Shown: positions 45,641 to 56,817, counted from the first letter of the stretch. The stretch: DNA of 64,000 bases from an uncultured Cuneatibacter sp. (GCA_964426655.1 CAYRQT010000004.1:37047-101046); one strand, 5' to 3'. Translations and numbers: made by a program. The notes: generated by a model from the letters alone, not told the origin.

Positions 45641-46318
45641 ATGGGTAAATTATTTGATTTGGAAAATCCGTTTTGGATGGGGATTAACAAGCTGACTGAT
45701 ATTTTTCTGCTGGGACTTTTATGGGTTATCTGCTGTATTCCCATTGTGACGGTGGGGGCCTCTACCACGGCGGCATATTATACCATGTTCAAGGTGGTTC
45801 GAAATGAAGAAAATTATATATTCCGTACTTTTTTTCGGGCCTTTAAAGAAAACTTCAAACAAGCTACAGTACTTTGGCTCATTCTTCTGGGGGTTTACCT
45901 GGTTTTGATTGCGGATATTTCTTTTTATCGGTCCAGTACCTGGCAGTATGCCTACATCCTGCAAGGGGTTCTTTTTGCTGTACTGATTGCGGTCTTTCTT
46001 ATGGGGTTATATTTGTTTCCGCTTCTGGCCAGATTTTATCAAAAGAATTGGGCGCTTATCAAATTTTCCATTGGTCTGAGCCTTCGGCATTTGCTACGCA
46101 CCATTCTGGTTGCCTTGCTGGCCGCTGCTGCACTGGTACTTTCCTACATGCTTCCGCCGTTATGCTTCCTCTTTGGTGCCTTTTATTTATATGGATCTTC
46201 TGCTGTTTTGCTTAAAATTTTTGGTAAATATGTTAAACCGCAGGAAGAAGAGACTCACCCTTTGGATGAGATGGAAAAGCATATTGAAGAAGAGAAAAAA
46301 AAGAAAAAGAAAATCTGA
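45641..46318 (+). CDS. YesL-family (DUF624) membrane protein
   Basis: Family-typical N-terminus (NPFWMGINKLTDIFLLGLLWVICCIPIVTVGASTTAAYY, FRTFFRAFKENFKQAT). Lys/Glu-rich tail. Confidence 0.75.
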   Translation: MGKLFDLENPFWMGINKLTDIFLLGLLWVICCIPIVTVGASTTAAYYTMFKVVRNEENYIFRTFFRAFKENFKQATVLWLILLGVYLVLIADISFYRSSTWQYAYILQGVLFAVLIAVFLMGLYLFPLLARFYQKNWALIKFSIGLSLRHLLRTILVALLAAAALVLSYMLPPLCFLFGAFYLYGSSAVLLKIFGKYVKPQEEETHPLDEMEKHIEEEKKKKKKI

Positions 46319-46320
46319 GG

Positions 46321-46353
46321 AAATCCCCCCATTTGGTATGGGGGGATTTTTGG
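46321..46353 (+). terminator. Intrinsic terminator
   Basis: AAATCCCCCC / GGGGGGATTT followed by TTGG. Confidence 0.75.
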
Positions 46354-46545
46354 CTTTATAGGAAAGTCCTCAAGAATAGTGTATAAGATTAGATGAACAA
46401 AAATTGCATAGCAAATAAGCGGAGAAAAGGGGACTCTGCGTTGTTTATGAAATGATTGCGTAGGGTTTGGCGAAACTGCACGATTTGACGATGGAGAGAA
46501 TGATGAGCACGGATTTATCCAGAGCCCATGACCTTTCGGTATTGT

Positions 46546-47464
46546 TTAAATCGCGCGTTTTTTTGTAGCAGACTTCCATTGCCAATATAGAGCAGAAAGA
46601 AGGAACCCGCGCTTTTCTCCGGAAATACAGCGGTGAAATCCCTTTTCCTGGCTGTGATGTTTGGCATAAAGACCATAATAACGAAGCATTTTAAAGTGCT
46701 TTTCCGGGATATGAACAATCAGCCTTTTGATAAAATCAAGAGCAGGGATACATTCGATAACAAACTTATTATCCTCATGCCGGGTATAGTGGAAGGTCAC
46801 AAATTTCCTGTTATAAGCGCTGATACGGGAAGTAGCAATAACAGGCCGTCAAAGATAACGGCTGATATATGGAATGGTGATTTTGGGAGTGCATGGATTA
46901 GGTTTGGCTTGAACATAAAAGCCATTCGTTTAATAATGGTAGATGGAATTTTTCACTTTTCTGAAAGAAGCACCATGGATTTTTGCCATACGTTCAAGAA
47001 GGATTTTTTGAAAGGAATTTTTAAGGAAGTGATAATCAAAATGCTTAACATGACGCCAGGGGAGCAGTTACCAGCGCCACCTTCTGATATAAGAGCGTGG
47101 ACAGGAGGATTCCATTTAAGGCCAAAGGTGTGGAGAACACAGATTCAGCATGGAGTGAAATTTTCAGATTTATTCATCTTCTGGAACATGCGGAGAACGC
47201 AATCATGGACAGAATGAAAGAGACAGTTCAGAAGATTTCTATCTTTAGGGAAGAAGATTCGAAGCTCTTTAGGAATGGTGAACACACAATGACGATGTTG
47301 CAGGAAATAAGCTTGCAGGACATAGAAAATGAATGATGAAGGATGTACATATTACAACAGGAAGGGCAGAAACGACTTTTGCAGCGGAAGGCAACATATT
47401 TAAGATTAGCGCAATGAGGATAGCCCCGGAAGACACCGCCATAGGAAGGATCTTTGCAATGAAG
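46546..47464 (-). pseudogene. Decayed IS91-family (Y2/HUH rolling-circle) transposase, 5'-truncated with several frameshifts and stops; 3' limit uncertain
   Basis: Manual minus-strand translation in shifting frames gives LHCKDPSYGGVFRGYPHCANLKYVAFRCKSRFCPSCCNMY (from 47464, IS91 zinc-binding N-domain), HRHCVFTIPKELRIFFPKDRNLLNCLF (from 47297), CVLHTFGLKWNPPVHALISEGG (from 47141), and FIKRLIVHIPEKHFKMLRYYGLYA (track ORF 46546-46800). Confidence 0.8.
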
Positions 47465-47469
47465 TTAGG

Positions 47470-47504
47470 TAAAGAAAAAGCCCTAACCCCTCATGAGTGA
47501 GGGG
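47470..47504 (-). terminator. Intrinsic terminator of the AI-2E transporter gene
   Basis: On the minus strand, CCCCTCA-CTCA-TGAGGGG followed by TTAGGGCTTTTTCTTT. Confidence 0.65.
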
Positions 47505-47535
47505 CAGGGGAGTTGAGAGTGTCGAAGCCACTTTT

Positions 47536-48894
47536 TTATGCAGAGGGGGGAGGAGAGATGTCATCTTCATCATCAGGTGGAGCGGAGTCGTTTTTGGCCG
47601 CAGACCAGATTTTCCAGGGGAAAGTTTCCCTGGGAGGAGTATCTCCTTTCATAGCGGCACGGTGTCTTAACAGGGAGGCAAAGTCCCTTTCTGAGCCAGC
47701 TGCATCCAAACGGCGGCCTTCCAGACCGGACTGATTATACCAGATTACAATGATGTTTTTAATAGAGGCTACAATAGGGACAGCAATGAGCATTCCCAGA
47801 AGTCCACCTACACTTCCACCCACCAAAATGGCTGTCATGGTAAATACAGGATGAAGCCCCACGCGTCCGCCCACTACCTTGGGGGCCAGCAGGTTATTGT
47901 CGATTTGCTGTACAATCTGAAAGCCGATGATTACCCAAATGACTTTCATATAATCTCCGCCCAGGAAGGCAATGACCACAGCCAATATTGTGCCAATCCA
48001 GGGGCCTACGTAGGGAATCATGTTGGTGATACCGGCGATCAGGCCAATAGTGATGGGGTTGCGTATGCCAATAATGAACAATACAATGATGGAGAGAATG
48101 GCTACAAAGCAGGCTTCCAGCAATTGCCCTTTCAGAAATTGAGTAAAAGTCTCATCAAAGATGAGAAAAGCACTTTTCATCAGCTTTCCGGCCCGACTTT
48201 CACGAAAAATAATAAAATAGGTGCGGCTTAAAAGTTTTGTAAAGAACTCCTTATCTATGAGAAGGTAAATGCTTAAAATCAGTGCAATGAAAACCATGAA
48301 CAGATTACTGCCTAACTTAAATACAAAATTAACAACGCTATCCACGGAAATCATCAGGATTTTCTGCATGAATTCGATAATCTTGGAAAGATTATCCTGC
48401 ACAAAGCTGGATAAAAAGGGAATATTCCAGTCTTCCAGTTTTTGATCGATATAGCTACTGTCAATGGTGGTATTGCCAATTTGAGAATTAATAAATTCAA
48501 TAATTTTTGTGAGTGTAGTGCTGTCAGAAAGCTGTCCGCCCACCATGAGATATATTCCGATAATGAGACCTGCACAAACGCCTAATACCAAAGCATATGT
48601 GAGCATAACGCAGAGGCCACGTAAGAGTCGGGGGCGTTTGGACAAAAACCGAAATAGCTTAAAATGTCGAAACAATCGTTCGAACAGGGAAAGCAGGGGC
48701 CATAGCAGATAAGCAATGATAATGCCCACCAAAAGAGGTTTGACCAAATTGGCAGTAAAGCGAACATATGACTGCAGATTCTTCCATATGCCGGGAACAT
48801 TGTCAAAAATACTGAGGATGCCATGCACCAACAGTACCGTAATGCCAATATACAGGCAATATTTAATCAGCTTTCCATCCAGCTTCCATTTCAT
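47536..48894 (-). CDS. AI-2E family (PerM/UPF0118) transporter with a ~65-aa hydrophilic C-terminal extension
   Basis: ATG 48894 follows GGAAGGAAGGGAG. About 8 TM segments and the family motif region (ITNMIPYVGPWIG, LAPKVVGGRVGLHPV). Confidence 0.85.
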   Translation of the reverse strand: MKWKLDGKLIKYCLYIGITVLLVHGILSIFDNVPGIWKNLQSYVRFTANLVKPLLVGIIIAYLLWPLLSLFERLFRHFKLFRFLSKRPRLLRGLCVMLTYALVLGVCAGLIIGIYLMVGGQLSDSTTLTKIIEFINSQIGNTTIDSSYIDQKLEDWNIPFLSSFVQDNLSKIIEFMQKILMISVDSVVNFVFKLGSNLFMVFIALILSIYLLIDKEFFTKLLSRTYFIIFRESRAGKLMKSAFLIFDETFTQFLKGQLLEACFVAILSIIVLFIIGIRNPITIGLIAGITNMIPYVGPWIGTILAVVIAFLGGDYMKVIWVIIGFQIVQQIDNNLLAPKVVGGRVGLHPVFTMTAILVGGSVGGLLGMLIAVPIVASIKNIIVIWYNQSGLEGRRLDAAGSERDFASLLRHRAAMKGDTPPRETFPWKIWSAAKNDSAPPDDEDDISPPPSA

Positions 48895-49033
48895 AAGGGG
48901 CTCCCTTCCTTCCGGCAATCAGTCTCGCTTCATTATAACATCAAAGCGGGGGGGGATAAAGTAAAATCGAAACATTGCAAATGACTTTTTCCCATGGTAT
49001 AATGTTTGGTATACAATATACATAGGAGCATTT

Positions 49034-49900
49034 ATGGATACAATCCAATTGAAAGCATATGGAAAAATCAATTTGGGACTGGATGTGCTGGGGAAACGGC
49101 CGGATGGATACCATGAAGTGCGCATGATTATGCAGACGGTGGGAATACATGATAAGCTTCTCATAAAAAAAGAGGCAGAACCAGGGATTCGTCTGACGAC
49201 CAATCTGCCCTATTTGCCGGTTAATGAGAATAATCTTGTGGTAAAAGGGGCAAAGCTTCTGCAGGAGGCATTTCATATTCAGAGTGGGTTGTCCATCCGC
49301 TTGCACAAGTACATTCCCATATCTGCAGGAATGGCTGGAGGCAGTACGGATGGAGCGGCTGTTCTTGTAGGAATGAATCGGATGTTTCGTCTGGGCCTGC
49401 ATCAGCAGGAACTTATGGACTGGGGATTGAAGTTGGGGGCGGATGTGCCTTTTTGCATCATGCGGGGGACTGCGTTATCGGAAGGCATTGGTGAAAAACT
49501 GCAGACTCTGCCTCCGCCACCTCCGGCCTATATCGTCATTGGCAAACCGCCCATTAGTGTCTCTACAAAATATGTATATGGAAATTTAAAATTGGATACC
49601 GTGGCACACCCTGACATAGACACAATCATAGATGGACTGAGGAAGGGGAATCTTCGGGAAATAGCAGAACACATGGGCAATGTATTGGAAACAGTATCCA
49701 TTCCGGCTCATCCGGTGATTCAGGAAATTAAGAAACTGCTTTTGCAGCAGGGAGCACTGGGAGCAATGATGAGCGGGAGCGGCCCTACGGTCTTTGGAAT
49801 ATTCGATCGTAAGGATACTGCGGAGAGGGCCTGGGATAAATTAAAAAAAAGCAGACTGGTGGGACAATGTTATATCACCACCTGGTTTGGATCAAAATAA
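49034..49900 (+). CDS. ispE: 4-diphosphocytidyl-2-C-methyl-D-erythritol kinase
   Basis: GHMP-kinase motif IPISAGMAGGSTDGAA, AYGKINLGLDVLGKRPDGYHEV, MSGSGPTVFG. Confidence 0.92.
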   Translation: MDTIQLKAYGKINLGLDVLGKRPDGYHEVRMIMQTVGIHDKLLIKKEAEPGIRLTTNLPYLPVNENNLVVKGAKLLQEAFHIQSGLSIRLHKYIPISAGMAGGSTDGAAVLVGMNRMFRLGLHQQELMDWGLKLGADVPFCIMRGTALSEGIGEKLQTLPPPPPAYIVIGKPPISVSTKYVYGNLKLDTVAHPDIDTIIDGLRKGNLREIAEHMGNVLETVSIPAHPVIQEIKKLLLQQGALGAMMSGSGPTVFGIFDRKDTAERAWDKLKKSRLVGQCYITTWFGSK

Positions 49901-49919
49901 TCGATAAGGAGGGGAACCC

Positions 49920-50636
49920 ATGTCAGGAATAGAAGACTCCAGGATGGAAGAGTATCTGAAAGTGAACATGAATGATTTTTTGCCTTTACGGGATGTGGTT
50001 TTTAACACGCTCAGGCAGGCAATTTTGAAAGGGGAGCTGGCTCCAGGGGAACGGCTGATGGAAATTGCCCTGGCCAATCGACTGGGAGTTAGTCGTACAC
50101 CTGTCCGGGAAGCCATCCGCAAGCTGGAACTGGAGGGGCTCGTGCTGATGATTCCCAGGAAAGGCGCGGAAGTGGCATGCATTTCAGAAAAAACACTGAG
50201 AGATGTACTGGAGGTACGACGGACCCTGGAAAGCCTGGCAGTAGAGCTGGCCTGTCAGAGAATTACGGATGACCAGCTGCATCAACTGATCCAGGCCAAT
50301 GAGGATTTTAAGGAATCCTTTGCGAGCAATGATCCTATTTTTATTGCCCAGAGGGATGAAGCGTTTCATGACGTGATTTATGCAGCTACGGATAATCAGA
50401 AATTAGTTCAAATGATGAATGGATTACGGGAGCAAATTTATAGATTCCGACTGGAATATATTAAATATGAAAGCAAACGACTGGATCTGGTGACGGAACA
50501 TAATGGCATTATAGAAGCGCTTCGCCGAAGAAAACTGTCAGATGCCAAGGCGCGTATGAGGTATCACATTGAGAGGCAGGAAATGACGATCGCAGAGAGC
50601 ATACGTCCTTCAGGGAAAGCCGGGGAGCAAATATGA
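49920..50636 (+). CDS. GntR-family transcriptional regulator with an FCD ligand domain
   Basis: Winged HTH (LGVSRTPVREAIRKLELEGLV) plus an FCD domain (FHDVIYAAT). Confidence 0.85.
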   Translation: MSGIEDSRMEEYLKVNMNDFLPLRDVVFNTLRQAILKGELAPGERLMEIALANRLGVSRTPVREAIRKLELEGLVLMIPRKGAEVACISEKTLRDVLEVRRTLESLAVELACQRITDDQLHQLIQANEDFKESFASNDPIFIAQRDEAFHDVIYAATDNQKLVQMMNGLREQIYRFRLEYIKYESKRLDLVTEHNGIIEALRRRKLSDAKARMRYHIERQEMTIAESIRPSGKAGEQI

Positions 50637-51682
50637 AAAAAAATCTTGTGATTTTATTTGGAGGGCAGTCCTCTGAGCATGCAGTATCCTGTGTGTCTGC
50701 GAGAAATGTGGCAATGGCCATAGACCGGACAAAATATCAGGTAATCCCTGTGGGAATTACCCGGGAAGGCGCTTGGATTCATGTACCGGAGACGGAGGAT
50801 TTTACCGGGACTTCCTGGGAAAAATATGAGAATCGGGCATATCTTCTTCCTGATGCTACGCGGAAATGCCTGCTGATGGAACGGAATGGCAGTTTTCGGG
50901 AAATTCCGGTAGATATTGTTTTTCCAGTATTGCACGGGCTTTATGGGGAGGATGGTACCATTCAGGGGCTTTTGGAAATGGCTAAAATTCCCTATGTAGG
51001 TTGTGGAACTTTGGCCTCTGCGGTGGCCATGGATAAGATTCACACCAAAATGGTGGTGGAAAGACTGGGGATCCGGCAGGCCAGGTATGTAGCACTGCAT
51101 GCGGGGCAGCTGGAACATCCGACTGAAATTGTGGAAGAAATTGTGGAAGAGCTGGGCTTTCCTGTATTTGTCAAGCCATCCAGAGCCGGCTCATCCTGTG
51201 GAGTCAGCAAGGCAACGGATGAAAAAAATCTCTTAAAAGCGTTGCATATAGCTGCGGAAAATGATGTGAAAATTTTGGTGGAAGAGGCTATTTCAGGAAG
51301 AGAAGTGGAATGCGCGGTTCTGGGCGGCCTGCGGGCCAGGGCCTCTGGAGTGGGTGAGATTCTGGCAGCTGCGGAGTTTTACGATTATGAAGCAAAGTAT
51401 CACAATGCAGATTCTAAAACGGACACTTCTCCTGTTTTGCCTGAGGGAGCAGAAGAAGAAATCCGGCAGGATGCTATTCGGATTTTTAAGGCCATTGATG
51501 GTTATGGCCTTTCTCGTGTGGATTTCTTCCTTTCCGGCCGTGACGTGATTTTTAATGAAATCAATACAATGCCTGGCTTTACGTCTATTAGCATGTATCC
51601 GATGCTCTGGGAAAAACAGGGTATCAGGAAAGAGGAACTGATTCAGCAACTGCTGGATCTGGCAATGCATCGGAACGGGTGA
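50633..51682 (+). CDS. ddl: D-alanine--D-alanine ligase
   Basis: VILFGGQSSEHAVS, HGLYGEDGTIQGLLE, FVKPSRAGSSCGV, NEINTMPGFT. Confidence 0.93.
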   Translation: MKKNLVILFGGQSSEHAVSCVSARNVAMAIDRTKYQVIPVGITREGAWIHVPETEDFTGTSWEKYENRAYLLPDATRKCLLMERNGSFREIPVDIVFPVLHGLYGEDGTIQGLLEMAKIPYVGCGTLASAVAMDKIHTKMVVERLGIRQARYVALHAGQLEHPTEIVEEIVEELGFPVFVKPSRAGSSCGVSKATDEKNLLKALHIAAENDVKILVEEAISGREVECAVLGGLRARASGVGEILAAAEFYDYEAKYHNADSKTDTSPVLPEGAEEEIRQDAIRIFKAIDGYGLSRVDFFLSGRDVIFNEINTMPGFTSISMYPMLWEKQGIRKEELIQQLLDLAMHRNG

Positions 51683-51698
51683 AAAGAAAGCGGCGAAA

Positions 51699-52166
51699 AT
51701 GAAAAAGAAAATTATGGTAACGGTTACCGGATCCCAGCAACTGGAAACGGATGGACAGGAGGCTGTAACAGAAAAAATTGAAGTGATTGCCGGAGGGACA
51801 TATTACTTCCGGGATGAAGTGCGCTATATCAGCTATGATGAACATTTGGAGGGGCTGGACACACCCATCCACAATTTTTGGCGCATCCGGGAGGGGCGGG
51901 CAGAACTGTCAAAGAAAGGTCCGGTACAAATGAAGGCTGTGTTTGTAAATGGAATGCCTTGCTCCGGTATTTATGAAACACCTTATGGGCCCATCCCTTT
52001 CGAATTGGAAGACGTGATGACTGAACTGGAGACATCTCCCCAACATGTGGCTTTGAGTATTTCTTACAGCATGAATCTTGGGGGGAATCGCCAAGTCTGC
52101 CGCTTGCGCCTTCTGGCGGAAGAACTGGAAGAGGTGAAAATCTGGCAGGAAGAGGAAACAGAATGA
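51699..52166 (+). CDS. DUF1934 (YwiB-like beta-barrel) protein
   Basis: 155 aa. The pattern of the family (short acidic beta-rich protein) is recalled from memory. Confidence 0.6.
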   Translation: MKKKIMVTVTGSQQLETDGQEAVTEKIEVIAGGTYYFRDEVRYISYDEHLEGLDTPIHNFWRIREGRAELSKKGPVQMKAVFVNGMPCSGIYETPYGPIPFELEDVMTELETSPQHVALSISYSMNLGGNRQVCRLRLLAEELEEVKIWQEEETE

Positions 52167-52170
52167 GACA

Positions 52171-52210
52171 AAAAGGTTGGAGCCAAAGCGCCAACCTTTT
52201 CTTTTTCTGC
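52171..52210. terminator. Bidirectional terminator
   Basis: AAAAGGTTGG-10 nt-CCAACCTTTT with T/A tracts on both sides. Confidence 0.75.
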
Positions 52211-52214
52211 TGTA

Positions 52215-52700
52215 TTATTTTTTCTTGGGAAGAAAGCGGGCCAGCCCCTTTTTCTTCGGGGGAGGAGTAGGAATGCCGCCCCGTACACTTTTGATTTCGG
52301 TGATGTAGAGACCGCTGATCACAACTTTTGCTTCCTGTTTTACCGGCAAAATGTCGAAAACCTTCTGGTCTGCAATCAAGGTCATGACTTTGGGTCCCAC
52401 CTTAGCCTTAACAAAGGGCATCTTGGCGCGACGCATGTATTTGGGGGTCTGATCCACGACCACTTTTGGCAGATTGGCATCTCGAAATTTCATGTACTTT
52501 TTGTCTATGACCAGAATAGAAACCGTCTGAGCCATGGCATCCATCTGTTCTTTCTGGGCCTTTTGCTGCTTCTCCAAGCGCTTGCCGAAGAAATAAAGGC
52601 CGACAACGAGCCCGATTAAAACCACCAGAATGATGATCAGGGCAATTTGCCATCCGGAAATGGCGGTTACCGGCATGGGGGTTGAAAAATCTGCTAACAC
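52215..52700 (-). CDS. Hypothetical N-terminally anchored protein with a Lys/Pro-rich tail
   Basis: GTG 52700 lies 6 nt after AGGAGG. TM IALIIILVVLIGLVVGLYFF. No family recognised. Confidence 0.5.
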   Translation of the reverse strand: MLADFSTPMPVTAISGWQIALIIILVVLIGLVVGLYFFGKRLEKQQKAQKEQMDAMAQTVSILVIDKKYMKFRDANLPKVVVDQTPKYMRRAKMPFVKAKVGPKVMTLIADQKVFDILPVKQEAKVVISGLYITEIKSVRGGIPTPPPKKKGLARFLPKKK

Positions 52701-52784
52701 AGGGGTCCTCCTTTGATCCAATAAAAATCCACTCGTAACTGCCATTATAACATTTGAAAAGATATCTGACAAGAGAAAAAGTGA

Positions 52785-52813
52785 TTGACATATGGTGCCG
52801 GACATGTTAGTAT
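52785..52813 (+). promoter_or_regulatory. Promoter of rpoBC
   Basis: TTGACA (52785-52790), 17 nt, TGT-TAGTAT extended -10 (52805-52813). Confidence 0.5.
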
Positions 52814-52917
52814 GGTCTGTACATTATTGTGGCTGCATGTGCCTTCGTGCGCTCTTTTTTGGGGTTTGCACGGAAAAAATGCAGCAATATTTGAATAAAA
52901 CAGGGGTGAAAACGTCA

Positions 52918-55900
52918 ATGGAAAAAAACAGAATTCGACCTGTCCAATCAGGAAAAAATGTTAGAATGACTTACTCAAAACAAAAAGACGTTCTGGAAAT
53001 GCCTAATTTCATTGAAATCCAAAAGGATTCCTATGAATGGTTTAAGAACGAAGGTCTGCGCGAAGTGTTTGAGGACATTTCCCCGATCACTGATTTTAAC
53101 GGACAGCTAAGTCTGGAATTCGGCGATTTTACCTTGTGTATGGATGATATCAAATACACCATAGACGAATGCAAGGAACGGGATGCCACCTATGCCGTTC
53201 CCCTGAAAGTCAACGTGAAGCTGATTAATAAGGAAAGCGGAGAAATAAAAGAGCATCAGACCTATATGGGAGATCTTCCCCTAATGACGGATACTGGCTC
53301 TTTTGTCATCAATGGTGCAGAGCGGGTTATTGTAAGCCAGCTGGTGCGTTCTCCAGGCATTTATTACGGCATTGCGCATGACAAGGTTGGAAAGCGCCTA
53401 TACAGTGCAACGGTCATTCCCAACCGGGGAGCGTGGCTGGAGTATGACACGGATTCCAATGATATATTCCATGTGCGGGTAGACAGGACACGAAAGGTGC
53501 CGGTAACCGTGTTGATTCGGGCTCTGGGTTGGGGAACCAACGCAGAGATTTTAGAGTTATTTGGGGAAGATCCCAAAATTGTGGCAACCCTGCAGAAAGA
53601 TACAGCTGTGGGCTATAATGACGGCCTGCTGGAGTTGTATAAAAAAATCCGCCCTGGCGAACCTTTAAGTGTGGACAGTGCCGCCTCCCTTCTGAATAGT
53701 ATGTTCTTTGATCCTCGCCGCTATGATCTGGCGAAGGTAGGGCGCTATAAATTCAATAAGAAGCTGATGTTCAGAAATCGTCTGGCCGGACATGTTCTGG
53801 CAGAGGATGCCGTAGATCGCAGTACAGGCGAGCTGCTTTTTGAGGCGGGGACCCGTCTGACCAGAAAAACGGCGGCACAGATTCAGAATGCAGGTATTCC
53901 CTATGTGGTGGTTCAGGGCGAAGAACGCAACACCAAGGTTATTTCCAACATGATGGTAGATGCAACAGAGTATCTCCCCTTTGCGCCGGAAGATGCCGGC
54001 ATTCACGAGATGGTTTACTACCCGGTTCTGATGGAAATCCTGAACGAATTTGGTCAGGCAGAGGTAGCCGAGCTGAAAGAAGTGTTGCATCGCCGGATGA
54101 GTGAACTGGTGCCTAAGCACATTACAAAAGAAGACATCATTGCCTCTATTAATTATTGCCTGCATTTGGAAGAAGGCGTTGGATCTTCAGATGACATTGA
54201 TCATCTGGGTAATCGTCGAATTCGTGCAGTAGGTGAGCTTTTGCAGAACCAGTACCGCATTGGCCTTTCCCGTATGGAAAGAGTGGTGCGGGAACGTATG
54301 ACTACTCAGGACAGTGAAGGCGTTACGCCACAGTCCCTTATTAATATCAAGCCGGTGACCGCTGCAGTTAAGGAATTTTTCGGCAGCTCACAGCTGTCTC
54401 AGTTCATGGATCAGAACAACCCTCTGGCGGAATTGACCCATAAGAGGCGACTTTCTGCATTGGGGCCAGGAGGCCTCTCCCGTGACAGGGCCAGCTTTGA
54501 AGTGCGTGACGTACATTACTCTCATTACGGAAGAATGTGCCCCATTGAAACCCCTGAAGGTCCCAACATCGGGTTAATCAATTCTCTGGCTTCCTATGCC
54601 CGCATCAATGAGTACGGCTTTATTGAGGCACCCTATCGCATCATTGATAAAAGCGATCCAAAGAATCCAGTGGTAACCGATGAGGTTTGCTATCTGACTG
54701 CAGATGAAGAAGACGATTACATTGTGGCACAGGCCAACGAGCTGTTGGATGAGGACGGTCACTTTGTAAATGAAAACATATCCGGACGGCGAAGAGAAGA
54801 AACCTCCAAGTTCCCTAAGAGTACGGTGGATCTGATGGACGTTTCTCCTAAAATGGTGTTCTCTGTGGCAACATCCATGATCCCCTTCCTCGAAAACGAT
54901 GATGCCAACCGGGCACTGATGGGCTCCAACATGCAGCGGCAGGCTGTGCCTCTTCTGCGCACAGAAGCTCCGGTTGTGGGTACCGGAATGGAAAATAAGG
55001 CCGCTGTAGACTCTGGTGTTTGTGTGGTGGCAAAGCATCCCGGTGTGGTGGAGCGTTCCGCTTCCAACGAGATCATTATCCGTACGGATGAAGGAGCAAA
55101 GGATATTTATCATTTGCAGAAATTTAAACGTAGCAACCAAAGCAACTGCTACAACCAAAAACCCATTGTCAACAAGGGGGACAGGGTGGGGAAGGGAACG
55201 GTCATTGCTGATGGCCCTTCCACCAAAAACGGGGAAATCGCACTTGGTAAAAACCCGCTGATTGCCTTTATGACATGGGAAGGCTATAACTACGAAGATG
55301 CAGTCCTCCTTAGCGAAAGACTGGTACAGGAGGACGTTTACACCTCTATCCACATTGAGGAATATGAAATCGAAGCCAGAGATACCAAGCTGGGGCCGGA
55401 AGAAATTACCAGGGATGTACCTGGTGTGGGCGACGATGCCCTAAAGGATTTGGATGAACAGGGCATTATTCGCATTGGCGCAGAAGTGCGGGCAGGGGAT
55501 ATTCTGGTAGGGAAAGTGACACCTAAGGGAGAGACGGAACTTACTGCTGAAGAGCGGCTTTTACGGGCTATCTTTGGAGAAAAAGCCCGTGAAGTAAGAG
55601 ATACTTCCCTGAAAGTACCCCACGGAGCTTATGGTATTGTGGTTGACACGAAAGTGTTCACCAGGGAGAACAGCGACGAGCTGCCCCCGGGCGTCATCAA
55701 AACCGTACGAATTTATATTGCACAGAAAAGGAAAATATCTGTCGGGGACAAGATGGCTGGACGCCATGGAAATAAAGGTGTGGTTTCCCGGGTGCTTCCG
55801 GTGGAAGATATGCCATTCCTTCCAAACGGACGTCCGCTGGACATCGTACTGAACCCTCTTGGGGTGCCTTCCCGTATGAACATTGGACAGGTTCTGGAAA

Positions 55901-56763
55901 TTCATCTGAGTCTGGCTGCCAGAGCATTGGGATTTGATATCTCCACGCCCGTATTTGACGGAGCAAATGAAATCGATATTATGGATACGCTGGACCTGGC
56001 CAATGACTATGTCAATTTGTCCTGGGAAGAGTTTAAATCCAAACATGAGGATTCCCTGAATCCGGAAGTGCTTACCTATCTGAGCGAGCATCTGGAACAT
56101 CGGGAACTATGGAAAGGCGTTCCTTTATCCAGAGATGGTAAGGTTCAGTTGCGCGACGGCCGTAGCGGTGAGTTCTTTGACAGCCCCGTTACGATCGGGC
56201 ACATGCATTATCTGAAGCTGCACCATCTGGTGGATGACAAGATTCATGCCCGCTCCACAGGTCCTTACTCCTTGGTTACCCAGCAGCCGCTGGGTGGAAA
56301 AGCCCAGTTTGGTGGCCAGCGTTTCGGTGAAATGGAGGTTTGGGCACTTGAGGCTTATGGGGCTTCCTATACACTGCAGGAGATTCTGACTGTAAAATCG
56401 GATGACGTGATTGGCCGTGTGAAAACATATGAGGCCATCATTAAAGGGGAGAACATTCCTGAACCTGGCATTCCGGAATCCTTTAAGGTGCTGTTAAAAG
56501 AGCTTCAGTCCCTTTGCCTGGATGTGCGTGTTCTGAATGAAGATTATACAGAAGTGAAAATAATGGAAACCAGTGATTACGGCAATACCGATCTGCGTTC
56601 CGTCATAGAGGGAGATCATCGCTACAGAGATGAGGATAAATTCTCTCAGCATGGCTACACCACAGGGCGTCTTTCCCAGGAGGGAGACGTGGAAGCAGAA
56701 GAGGAAGACTTGGAAGCACAGGAGGATACTCTGGATTTCCCGGAAGATGACTTTGAAGAGTAA
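52918..56763 (+). CDS. rpoB: DNA-directed RNA polymerase beta subunit
   Basis: ATG 52918 (MEKNRIRPV...[17 protein letters not shown]). Conserved throughout ([56 protein letters not shown]). Acidic C-terminal tail. Confidence 0.97.
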   Translation: MEKNRIRPVQSGKNVRMTYSKQKDVLEMPNFIEIQKDSYEWFKNEGLREVFEDISPITDFNGQLSLEFGDFTLCMDDIKYTIDECKERDATYAVPLKVNVKLINKESGEIKEHQTYMGDLPLMTDTGSFVINGAERVIVSQLVRSPGIYYGIAHDKVGKRLYSATVIPNRGAWLEYDTDSNDIFHVRVDRTRKVPVTVLIRALGWGTNAEILELFGEDPKIVATLQKDTAVGYNDGLLELYKKIRPGEPLSVDSAASLLNSMFFDPRRYDLAKVGRYKFNKKLMFRNRLAGHVLAEDAVDRSTGELLFEAGTRLTRKTAAQIQNAGIPYVVVQGEERNTKVISNMMVDATEYLPFAPEDAGIHEMVYYPVLMEILNEFGQAEVAELKEVLHRRMSELVPKHITKEDIIASINYCLHLEEGVGSSDDIDHLGNRRIRAVGELLQNQYRIGLSRMERVVRERMTTQDSEGVTPQSLINIKPVTAAVKEFFGSSQLSQFMDQNNPLAELTHKRRLSALGPGGLSRDRASFEVRDVHYSHYGRMCPIETPEGPNIGLINSLASYARINEYGFIEAPYRIIDKSDPKNPVVTDEVCYLTADEEDDYIVAQANELLDEDGHFVNENISGRRREETSKFPKSTVDLMDVSPKMVFSVATSMIPFLENDDANRALMGSNMQRQAVPLLRTEAPVVGTGMENKAAVDSGVCVVAKHPGVVERSASNEIIIRTDEGAKDIYHLQKFKRSNQSNCYNQKPIVNKGDRVGKGTVIADGPSTKNGEIALGKNPLIAFMTWEGYNYEDAVLLSERLVQEDVYTSIHIEEYEIEARDTKLGPEEITRDVPGVGDDALKDLDEQGIIRIGAEVRAGDILVGKVTPKGETELTAEERLLRAIFGEKAREVRDTSLKVPHGAYGIVVDTKVFTRENSDELPPGVIKTVRIYIAQKRKISVGDKMAGRHGNKGVVSRVLPVEDMPFLPNGRPLDIVLNPLGVPSRMNIGQVLEIHLSLAARALGFDISTPVFDGANEIDIMDTLDLANDYVNLSWEEFKSKHEDSLNPEVLTYLSEHLEHRELWKGVPLSRDGKVQLRDGRSGEFFDSPVTIGHMHYLKLHHLVDDKIHARSTGPYSLVTQQPLGGKAQFGGQRFGEMEVWALEAYGASYTLQEILTVKSDDVIGRVKTYEAIIKGENIPEPGIPESFKVLLKELQSLCLDVRVLNEDYTEVKIMETSDYGNTDLRSVIEGDHRYRDEDKFSQHGYTTGRLSQEGDVEAEEEDLEAQEDTLDFPEDDFEE

Positions 56764-56817
56764 TCCATGAAATGTTGCAATCGACCTGTGATGTAATAGG
56801 AGAAGGGAGTGCCACAG

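Noticed and set aside
46633-47217. 194-aa plus-strand ORF in the YesL / AI-2E gap
   Set aside because: It is antisense to the IS91 transposase relic, whose diagnostic blocks are recovered on the minus strand. It has no RBS and no motifs.
52792-52917. 42-codon N-terminal extension of the rpoB track ORF
   Set aside because: It overlaps the predicted promoter and leader and is Cys-rich nonsense. The conserved RpoB N-terminus starts at ATG 52918.
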